DNA of 24,800 bases from Methanobacterium sp. (lineage in GTDB: Archaea > Methanobacteriota > Methanobacteria > Methanobacteriales > Methanobacteriaceae), in assembly GCA_003166335.1 (NCBI GenBank), contig PMWA01000022.1, forward strand, positions 23,257 through 48,056. The letters are read 5' to 3'. Positions within the stretch are counted from its first letter, which is position 1. Each line of letters begins with the position of its first letter. Below are positions 11,805 to 19,406 of the stretch, piece after piece. A program made the translations under genes and the position numbers. The notes under the pieces were generated by a model. That model worked only from the letters and a program-made list of their open reading frames with translations, had not been told where the DNA came from and did not search any database.

Positions 11805-12095
11805 TTATTTTATCACAAGCTTATTCCAGATCTCTTGGAATACTTCATAATTTTCATTAACTTTATCCGTTAAAAAATATAATTTACTATATGTATCACC
11901 AGCAGGTCTAATCACATTATTTTCCTCTAAAACTTTAATATGATGTCTAATAGTCTTATAATCTAAATCAAGCTCCTTTGCGAGTTGATTAGCATTATAT
12001 GGCCTATCATTAAGCTTCTTAATTATTTTAGCCCGATTTATACCTCCTCTTTTACCGGCTATCAACCACCAAAGAAGTTTTTCCACGGGCATCAT
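11805..12095 (-). CDS. winged helix-turn-helix transcriptional regulator (ArsR/HTH_20-like, archaeal LWWLIAG..GG.NR type)
   Basis: PYNANQLAKELDLDYKTIRHHIKVLEENNVI HTH followed by wing (GDTYSKLYFL). Confidence 0.9.
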   Translation of the reverse strand: MMPVEKLLWWLIAGKRGGINRAKIIKKLNDRPYNANQLAKELDLDYKTIRHHIKVLEENNVIRPAGDTYSKLYFLTDKVNENYEVFQEIWNKLVIK

Positions 12096-12236
12096 AAGGT
12101 TAAAATCTCAATTATTATTAGAACACGATTTATCTAAATTTGAAATAATTTCTTTTTTTAATACTTTAAATATAAAAATAAGATTTATAACGAAACTATT
12201 TATATAAATCTAAAGATTAGTTTTGTTAAACTCTTT

Positions 12237-13094
12237 TTATATTATTCTTTCGATAGGAATTACTAAAATATCCCTCGCACCTATATTTTTAAGTTTATTT
12301 ACTAATTCAAATACATCTCTTTCATCAACCACTGCATGAACAGCCATCATACCATCAGACAGTACATTAGAAACAGTAGGTCCAGTAAGTCCTGGCATCG
12401 CCTGCTTAACATCATTCAAAAACTTTTCAGACACATTCATCATTACAAGTTTTTTACCTTCAGCATCCAAAACGCCTTTAATACCAGTTCTTATAGCTTC
12501 AATTTTCTTATTCTTCTCCTGAAAACTCTTTTTATTAGCAATAAGCTGTATAGAACTCTCTAAAATGATATCGATAATCTTCAAATGATTCATTTTCAAA
12601 GTAGTTCCAGTGCTAGTAAGGTCTGCTATGATATCTGCCACCCCAATGAAAGGAGCAATCTCTGTGGAACCACTTAACTCCACTATTTTAGCTAATAAAC
12701 CCTTAGTTTTCAAATATTTCTCAGTCAGATTGGGGAACTCGGTTGCCACCATGGAACCATACTTTATATCAGATAAATTATTAATATAGGAATCTTCTGG
12801 CGCAGCTAACACTAACTTAGCTTTTCCAAAATTTAAATCCTCTAAAATCTCAACATTGACTTTTTTCTCTTTTATTAAATCTAACCCAGTCATACCCAGA
12901 TCTGCTGCACCATCAGCTACAAACTCAGGAATATCAGCTGCACGGGTAAACATAACACTAATATCTTCATCAATAGTCTCTGAAAAAAGTTTACGATTAA
13001 TATTATCCTTCAAACCGATGCCTGCTTTCTCTAAAAGTTTAACCGCAGGATCACTTATCCTTCCCTTGGATGGCAGAGCAATTCTTATCTGCAT
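12237..13094 (-). CDS. hisG: ATP phosphoribosyltransferase (long form)
   Basis: IALPSKGR, RAADIP, ATEFPN, GSTEIAP, DLTSTGTTL, C-terminal domain PGLTGPTVS...GARDIL; GGAGG RBS. Confidence 0.96.
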   Translation of the reverse strand: MQIRIALPSKGRISDPAVKLLEKAGIGLKDNINRKLFSETIDEDISVMFTRAADIPEFVADGAADLGMTGLDLIKEKKVNVEILEDLNFGKAKLVLAAPEDSYINNLSDIKYGSMVATEFPNLTEKYLKTKGLLAKIVELSGSTEIAPFIGVADIIADLTSTGTTLKMNHLKIIDIILESSIQLIANKKSFQEKNKKIEAIRTGIKGVLDAEGKKLVMMNVSEKFLNDVKQAMPGLTGPTVSNVLSDGMMAVHAVVDERDVFELVNKLKNIGARDILVIPIERII

Positions 13095-13310
13095 TGTAAA
13101 TCCTCCTAATTATAAAGATTAAAATTCTTGAAATTAAATTTTAATTCGCATTTAAAAATTTACATTATTATGATATTTATTAATTCTTTCATTAATTCAA
13201 TATATCATTTTATAGAAATTTGTCTTGCTGAACATCTTTTAATATCCTAATCAATATTATCTTCTCACAAAAATGATCCTTGACTTGAAATAATTCAATT
13301 AGTTTTTTGT

Positions 13311-13622
13311 TTAAGTGACGTAAACCTCTTCTAGAATTTGAAAAATATTCTTAAGGTTGTTTATATATTTTAAATTAAGAATGAAATCACTCTTATCAAA
13401 GCGATCAAGAATGCAAATCAACATCATACAGTCTTCTAAAGAGATAGAACCGTTAAAATGATGGTAATGTAATTCTTTAATAAAAGGTTGAATCTTATTC
13501 CTTTGATCAGGATAAATTTTGGGCGTAGAATTACTATTGGAAATTATTAAAAACAGAAAACTTCTAATTCTTTTTATTAAATCAATCAGATATTCCTTAT
13601 TAAATGATTTTTTGTTCTCCAT
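13311..13622 (-). CDS. hypothetical protein (103 aa, no recognisable family)
   Basis: ATG preceded by GGAGGG RBS; 103 open codons in very AT-rich DNA; upstream promoter element shared with uppP. Confidence 0.55.
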   Translation of the reverse strand: MENKKSFNKEYLIDLIKRIRSFLFLIISNSNSTPKIYPDQRNKIQPFIKELHYHHFNGSISLEDCMMLICILDRFDKSDFILNLKYINNLKNIFQILEEVYVT

Positions 13623-13766
13623 TTTTTAAGGCCCTCCATTTGGTAAATCCTTTTTCTCAAAAAAGTTTTATTTATTTTAGCTAAAATCAAAAATAACGAT
13701 TATTAAAAATTTTTTTCTCTTTTTAGTAATGTTATTAAAATTAATTGTTATATCACGGGTCTTGTG

Positions 13767-13819
13767 TAAGTATTTATTCCAGCGTTAGACCCCAATTTCG
13801 CCCTACTCAAACCCCACGT
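13767..13819 (-). promoter_or_regulatory. second copy of the 11-bp-phased GG element plus BRE/weak TATA, upstream of the orphan ORF
   Basis: Minus strand ACGTGGGGTTT GAGTAGGGCGA AATTGGGGTCT AACGCTGGAAT then AAATACTTAC; same spacing as the uppP copy. Confidence 0.6.
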
Positions 13820-14239
13820 TTTAACAATTTTTAGTCTATAGAAAATTAAAAAGAAGATTATTTTTTATTCTCAAAATTGTTTAATATTACAAATTTAAAC
13901 GAAATCAAACAACTTTAATTTGGATAAAGATTTAACAATTAGCAATATATATCAAAAATAATATATTTATGATCGATATTAAATAACTCAATAAATCATC
14001 CAAATAGCTGATTTCAACTTTGGAGTCATCTGGAACACCATGAATTGAATTTGAAAGCTTGTTCTTAATGCTATTCAATTTCTATTAAAATTTTAATCCT
14101 GAATTTAATCCAAGTTAATAATAAATGAAATAATGTTGAAAATAATAAAATTTTATTAGAAGGTTCTTAATTCATAGTAATAAAGTATTATTTATTGTAT
14201 TCAAAAAAGAGTTAAACTGTGAACTTCTCAGGTGTTATC

Positions 14240-15526
14240 ATGGAATGCCAAAGTATTTTAATAAAAAACACAATAATTATCGGCTCTGAAATTAAAAAAA
14301 GCTCCATTCTCATTGAAAATAATTTAATATCCAAAATAGATGATGATCTCAGTTCTAATGATGCAGATGAGGTGATAAATGGTGAAGGGAAAGTTTTAAT
14401 CCCGGGATTGATAAATACCCATACGCACCTTTCAATGTCTTTAATGAGGGGATTGGCTGATGATATGCCTTTAGATACTTGGTTAAATAATTATATCTGG
14501 CCAGCTGAGGCTAATCTGAGTGGTGAACACTGTTATGCTGGTGCTCTACTGGCTTGTGCTGAAATGATAAAATCAGGAACCACCACATTTAATGACATGT
14601 ATTTTTTTATTGATGATGTGGCAAAAGCAGTTGATGAATCTGGAATGCGAGGAATGCTTTCCCATGGGATGATAGATCTGGGAGATGAGGAAAAACGGAA
14701 AAAAGAGTTCAAAGAAAGTATTAGAATTATTAATAAATGTCATAACACCTCAGATGGCAGGATAAAAGTTTCTTTGGGGCCACATGCCCCATACACATGT
14801 TCCATGGAACTGTTACAATGGGTTAGGAGAAAAGCCGATGAATTAGGAGTTAGAATTCATATCCATGTTAGTGAAACCGAGTTTGAGGTGGAGCAGATTA
14901 TAGATTCTTATGGTGCACGACCATTTGAATATCTTGATGAAATAGATTTTTTAGGAGATGATGTACTGGCAGCTCATGGAGTATGGCTTTCAGATTCTGA
15001 AATGGATATAATTAGAGATAAAAAAGTCAAAATATCCCACAATCCAATTAGTAATATGAAACTTGCATCTGGAGTGTCTCCAGTATCGAAAATGATTAGT
15101 AAAGGAATCAATGTATCATTGGGAACCGATGGAGCAGCATCCAATAATAATCTGGATTTATTGGAGGAGATGAAAACTGCTGCATTATTACAGAAGATAT
15201 ATAATCTTGATTCTACTCTACTTTCAGCTCAACACGTCTTTGAAATGGCAACAATTAATGGAGCTAAGGCTTTGGGAATAGAAAAAGAATTAGGAACCAT
15301 AGAAGTGGATAAAAAAGCAGATTTAACATTATTGAATTTTAATAAAACTCATTTAACCCCTTATCGTCATCCATTGTCTCATCTGGTTTATTCAGCTCAA
15401 GGTAGTGATGTAGATACAGTGATTTGTAATGGTCAAATATTAATGCAGCATAGGAAACTTTTGACTTTGGATGAACAAGAGGTAATTCAGCAAGCAGAAG
15501 AAGCCTCTAAAGATCTATTATCTTAA
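14240..15526 (+). CDS. amidohydrolase, 5'-deoxyadenosine / MTA-SAH deaminase family (DadD/MtaD-like)
   Basis: PGLINTHTH, GPHAPYTCS, HIHVSET, AAHGV, HNPISNMKLASG, GTDGAASNN; ATG 14240 follows GGTG (track uses GTG 14219). Confidence 0.88.
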   Translation: MECQSILIKNTIIIGSEIKKSSILIENNLISKIDDDLSSNDADEVINGEGKVLIPGLINTHTHLSMSLMRGLADDMPLDTWLNNYIWPAEANLSGEHCYAGALLACAEMIKSGTTTFNDMYFFIDDVAKAVDESGMRGMLSHGMIDLGDEEKRKKEFKESIRIINKCHNTSDGRIKVSLGPHAPYTCSMELLQWVRRKADELGVRIHIHVSETEFEVEQIIDSYGARPFEYLDEIDFLGDDVLAAHGVWLSDSEMDIIRDKKVKISHNPISNMKLASGVSPVSKMISKGINVSLGTDGAASNNNLDLLEEMKTAALLQKIYNLDSTLLSAQHVFEMATINGAKALGIEKELGTIEVDKKADLTLLNFNKTHLTPYRHPLSHLVYSAQGSDVDTVICNGQILMQHRKLLTLDEQEVIQQAEEASKDLLS

Positions 15527-15547
15527 CTTAGACAGGTGAATAATAAA

Positions 15548-16234
15548 ATGGTGAATAATGGAATTCTAATATTATTCGATATCGATGGTACACTAGTTTT
15601 AGGAGCTCGTTGTCATTATAAAGCATTTGTTGAGGCAATAAAGAAATTTTATGGTATGGAAGATGATATAAGTGGTATAAATTATGCCGGTAAAACTGAT
15701 CCTCAGATCTTAAGGGAAGTATTGAGATTGGGCGGCTTAAATGAAGAAGAAATCGAAGAAAACTTCCAAGTCTGTCTGGATTTTATGGCACATTATTATC
15801 TGAAAAATGTTAATCATGAGAATGTAAGGTCATTGGAAGGAGTTAATGATCTTTTAAAAGAATTACAAAGAAGAAAAGTGCTTTTAGGATTGGTAACCGG
15901 AAATTTAGAATCCATAGCTTATGCTAAACTGGGAAAGGTGGGTTTAGATGGTTACTTCCCATTTGGAGGCTTTGGAAGCGATCATTCCAACCGGTCTTTC
16001 CTAGTAAAAAAAGCTCTTAAACAAGCTCAAAACCAATATGGGTATAATGGCAAGCACACCTTCGTTATCGGAGACACGCCTCGTGACATTAAAGCAGCTA
16101 AAGCATCTAATCTACTTACCATAGGGGTGGCAACTGGAAGATATTCTAAAGAAGAATTAGAAAATTGTGGAGCAGATTATGTCCTAAACAATTTGAAAAA
16201 TAAGGATAAAATACTGGAAATCCTATATAAATAA
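15548..16234 (+). CDS. HAD-superfamily hydrolase
   Basis: LFDIDGTL (motif I), LVTGN (II), IGDTPRDI (IV); ATG 15548 after GGTGA; likely co-transcribed with the amidohydrolase. Confidence 0.9.
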   Translation: MVNNGILILFDIDGTLVLGARCHYKAFVEAIKKFYGMEDDISGINYAGKTDPQILREVLRLGGLNEEEIEENFQVCLDFMAHYYLKNVNHENVRSLEGVNDLLKELQRRKVLLGLVTGNLESIAYAKLGKVGLDGYFPFGGFGSDHSNRSFLVKKALKQAQNQYGYNGKHTFVIGDTPRDIKAAKASNLLTIGVATGRYSKEELENCGADYVLNNLKNKDKILEILYK

Positions 16235-16321
16235 ATTTAATTAGTTCTTCTATCATATCCTCAAATTTTTTTTAGACTGAAAACTCCTCCTTTTCACATA
16301 ATTAAGCTTATATTCATTAAA

Positions 16322-16994
16322 TTAATTTATATCTCTTCGACAGGTGGGTACTGTGGTTTTGTCATCCTGTTTGAGATTGTTTTTGTATTCTGCTAATTCA
16401 ATTTCACACCCAGTTCCTAACTCTATATTATTTCCCCTAACCACTCTCGCTTTGGTATATTCAAGATAAACATTATCTCCTTCAATGATGTCTGCAATAA
16501 GTTCTTTAGAGGATCTATCCGGTGATATCATATTTTTAAGGCCTAAAAAACTTAATTTACTATCTTTTTTCACTTTAATTTTAGAACCACCAATTTCACG
16601 GGCTTTACAGGGCCAATATAAGCTTATGTTTATTTCATCCGCATTTAAAAGACCTCCCATATTAAAACCACCTTCTAGTTTAAACTTTTCAGCATTAAAA
16701 TCATTTTACAGAAGTTATATTACCCATAATTTCAGCTTTTTCTACAGATACTCCATAAACTTGAATATTACCCTGTATTTTGAGTTTTTCTCCTTCTAAA
16801 TCACCTTTAATATTTGCAAGACCCTTTATGTCAACACTGTCCTCTACCTTTAAATTACCACTTATCTCACCTTCTCCATAGATCTTAATATTAAGACAAT
16901 CAACATCACCTTTTATTCGTCCTTCTCCCATTATACTAACTTTGTTGTATTTTCCACCTGTTGAATTTCCTTCTCCATAAATTTTTAAATCCAT
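16322..16994 (-). pseudogene. frameshifted bactofilin-like (YhbE/YhbF) gene, paralog of 17851..18540
   Basis: The 97-aa (16701-16994) and 112-aa (16322-16660) ORFs align to the N- and C-halves of the intact paralog. Removing one A at GTA AAA TGA (16701-16709) gives ...GNITSVNDFNAEKFKLEGGFNMGGLLNA, 223 aa. AGGAG RBS retained. Confidence 0.85.
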
Positions 16995-17067
16995 TTTAAC
17001 TTCTCCTTTTAATTTTAATTAATTTCCAAATTTGAATTCATATTTTTAGGAAATATGACTCAATCCA

Positions 17068-17118
17068 AGATTTGATCATTCATTTAATCTATAATAATGT
17101 AAAAATGAGATCAAATCT
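17068..17118. repeat. inverted repeat/stem-loop directly 3' of the methyltransferase
   Basis: AGATTTGATC (17068-17077) / GATCAAATCT (17109-17118) perfect 10-bp stem, extendable by TCATTT/AAATGA after a 2-nt bulge. Confidence 0.5.
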
Positions 17119-17795
17119 CATTTATCAAGCCATATTTCAAATCCCAGTGGATTCTGTGGGATTTCACATTTTCTGAAGCTAGTATGGGACACCATTTCTT
17201 GAAACTCTTCTTTGGTATAAGCATTCTTATGTAAAAACTTCAAAGATAATTTAGCAAAAAGCCCATTTATCCAATTCAGATCCATATTTTCTACTTCTTT
17301 ATTTATTGCTTTATTAGAGGCATTACGACTTAGATCGATTATTAATGCTTTTCCGTTGGGTTTTAAAACTCTATACATTTCATTTAATGCCTTAATTGGT
17401 TTTGTAAAATTCTTGAAAGCTGCTGTACATATAATAAAATCGAAAGATTCATTATCAAATGGCATATTTGAAGCGTCACCTTCTCGAAATTCAATTTTAA
17501 CCCCTGCTTCCATGGCATTGGTTTGTGCAATTTCTACAAAGGTTTTACTGATGTCTAATCCGGTAACTTCAACTTCACCAAGTTTAGCCAGTTCAATTGA
17601 TAAATATCCTGGGCCTGGAGCAACTTCAAGTACATAGCCACCATCTGCAACGTTTTCAGCCACTTTTTTTGCCCAGTTTTTGTATTGTTCCCTGTTAGCT
17701 TTGGTATTTTTAGCATACCATCTGGCAATAAAACCTTCCATAGCCATACCTTTGTAACTTTTTTTAGATTTTGAGTCTACAATATTTCCTGTCAT
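17118..17795 (-). CDS. class I SAM-dependent methyltransferase (UbiE/Methyltransf_11-like)
   Basis: VLEVAPGPG, GLDIS, GDASNMPFDNESFD, EMYRVLKPNG; GGAGTGA RBS. Confidence 0.9.
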   Translation of the reverse strand: MTGNIVDSKSKKSYKGMAMEGFIARWYAKNTKANREQYKNWAKKVAENVADGGYVLEVAPGPGYLSIELAKLGEVEVTGLDISKTFVEIAQTNAMEAGVKIEFREGDASNMPFDNESFDFIICTAAFKNFTKPIKALNEMYRVLKPNGKALIIDLSRNASNKAINKEVENMDLNWINGLFAKLSLKFLHKNAYTKEEFQEMVSHTSFRKCEIPQNPLGFEIWLDK

Positions 17796-17850
17796 TTTCT
17801 ATCACTCCATAATATTGAAATATTCAAAAAAATCCGTTCAGTTTCATCAT

Positions 17851-18540
17851 TCATGTTTTTCTAATTTTTTTATATGTCACCACTTCAGCCTCTTCATGCT
17901 GTTTAAATTCATTTTGATACTCTATTAATTTAATGTTGCATCCAGAACCCAATTCAATATCATTTCCACGTACAACCTTGGCATTTGTATATTCGAGGTA
18001 GATTTCATCGCCTTCTATTATATCCGTCGTAAGGCCGGTATCAAATCCAAAAGGCATGATCAGTTTTCTTATACGAGTAAATTTGACTCTACCATTCCTT
18101 TTAACCATAATTTTTTCACCACCAATTTCTCGAGCTTCAGAGGGTCCATGCAGCTTCAGTTCTAATTCACCTGCATTCAGAAGTCCTCTAATTTTAAATG
18201 CACCTTCCATAGTGAAAGATTCGGCATTACAATTCCCATTGACACTGATCATTCCATGAGTATGGATTTTTTCTACAGATAAATTTCCATCAACATTGAC
18301 TTCGCCATGAATTTCGATTTCATCGGCCTCTAAATCTCCTTTAATTGAATTATTGCCATTTACTTTAACAGATTCTGATTTAACATTACCATTTACTTCA
18401 CAATGTCCCTGAACTTCCAGGTAATTACAGTCCAGATTACCATCTATTTTTCCGTTTCCTTTTATAACCACGGTGTTGTATTTTCCACCTTCTGATGAGC
18501 CGGATCCTTTAATTTCTAAGTTCATCATGTTTTTTTCCAT
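17851..18540 (-). CDS. polymer-forming cytoskeletal (bactofilin-like, YhbE/YhbF-type) beta-helix protein
   Basis: Gly/Val/Ile repeats of ~17 aa (GNVKSESVKVNGNNSIK / GDLEADEIEIHGEVNVD / GNLSVEKIHTHGMISVN), AREIGGEKI, IEGDEIYLEYTNAKVVRG, GSGCNIKLIEY; ATG 18540 after GGAGG. Confidence 0.85.
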   Translation of the reverse strand: MEKNMMNLEIKGSGSSEGGKYNTVVIKGNGKIDGNLDCNYLEVQGHCEVNGNVKSESVKVNGNNSIKGDLEADEIEIHGEVNVDGNLSVEKIHTHGMISVNGNCNAESFTMEGAFKIRGLLNAGELELKLHGPSEAREIGGEKIMVKRNGRVKFTRIRKLIMPFGFDTGLTTDIIEGDEIYLEYTNAKVVRGNDIELGSGCNIKLIEYQNEFKQHEEAEVVTYKKIRKT

Positions 18541-18555
18541 AAATTTATCCTCCAC

Positions 18556-19179
18556 TTAAACCAGTTTGATTTTCAATTCCTCAATTAAGTCTGAAATATT
18601 TAATTTTTCAACGACTTTCATACTATTTTCAAAATTAATCTCATTAGGCTTTGACACTAAACAGCAGCTAGAAATCCCTAACTTACGTAAAAATAATAAT
18701 TCACAATTTTTGCCTTTAAATTTAGGATAATATTCATCTAAAAAAGTTAATATTAGTTTTCCTTCGTCAAAATTGATTTTTCCTGAATCAAACAAGTTAT
18801 CCAAAATAGATAAATATAAAATTTTTTCAAAATTTAATTCTTTATCTTTTCCTCGCTCTTCGGTGTAAAATTCAAGCGTAGATTTTGAAATAATGTTTAA
18901 TTTAATTAAATCTTCACGTTTCCGAACTAATTCGGTTAGATTTGGGGATAGCATGTTAGCCAGTTCATCTAGTGATACATCTCCCTTCATATTCTTTATT
19001 TTCTCAATTCTATCCAGTATTCTCTCTTTGGGGAAGAATGTTTCTTGCCCGGTATAAGTGGATTTCCTGATAAACCATTCTTCAGGTATGAGATTTTTTC
19101 GTTTCCAACGATACAATTGGCCGTATGAGATTTTAGTTAGTTCTAATAATTCTTTTTTCGATATTAACTCTTGCTCCAT
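18556..19179 (-). CDS. yhbD: YhbD-family (DUF4004) protein with N-terminal MerR-like HTH
   Basis: LISKKELLELTKISYGQLYRWKRKNLIPEEWFIRKSTYTGQETFFP, SLDELA, RKLGIS; immediately upstream of the bactofilin-like gene as in Bacillus yhbDEF. Alternative ATGs at 19188/19191. Confidence 0.8.
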   Translation of the reverse strand: MEQELISKKELLELTKISYGQLYRWKRKNLIPEEWFIRKSTYTGQETFFPKERILDRIEKIKNMKGDVSLDELANMLSPNLTELVRKREDLIKLNIISKSTLEFYTEERGKDKELNFEKILYLSILDNLFDSGKINFDEGKLILTFLDEYYPKFKGKNCELLFLRKLGISSCCLVSKPNEINFENSMKVVEKLNISDLIEELKIKLV

Positions 19180-19207
19180 GTGTATCATCATCTTTTAATT
19201 GTAACAA

Positions 19208-19226
19208 AACATAACACTGTTACGTT
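19208..19226. promoter_or_regulatory. palindromic operator candidate upstream of yhbD
   Basis: AACATAACA-C-TGTTACGTT (8/9 symmetric); an extra GTAACA half-site at 19201-19206. Confidence 0.55.
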
Positions 19227-19248
19227 AAACATTCTTTTTAAATTCAAC

Positions 19249-19263
19249 TATTTAAAGTTTTAC
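19249..19263 (-). promoter_or_regulatory. archaeal BRE/TATA for the yhbD operon
   Basis: Minus-strand A-rich BRE-like stretch followed by canonical TTTAAATA (19256-19249), 70 nt before the ATG. Confidence 0.5.
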
Positions 19264-19406
19264 AATAAAATTTCATAAAAAAAAGAAATAATCTATACAA
19301 CTAGAATATAAATAAAGATCAAGGGATAAATTCCCAAACTCTTAAAAATACTAGAAATATTTTAGCCAATACAGAATATAAAAGGTAATTTGGAGAATAA
19401 AAACAG

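Noticed and set aside
13095..13622. His-leader attenuator upstream of hisG (HYHH in the 103-aa ORF)
   Set aside because: ORF is too long, His codons are few and far from hisG, and no terminator/antiterminator structure is evident.
13757..13792. GGGTCT/AGACCC hairpin and GC-rich patch as a riboswitch, tRNA fragment or sRNA
   Set aside because: Only a 6-bp stem, no recognisable TPP/FMN/fluoride/SAM or C/D-box consensus, and the hairpin is absent from the homologous uppP copy; a DNA-level motif explains it better.
19323..19335. GGGATAAATTCCC palindrome upstream of truD
   Set aside because: Only 4-bp arms, single occurrence; insufficient support.
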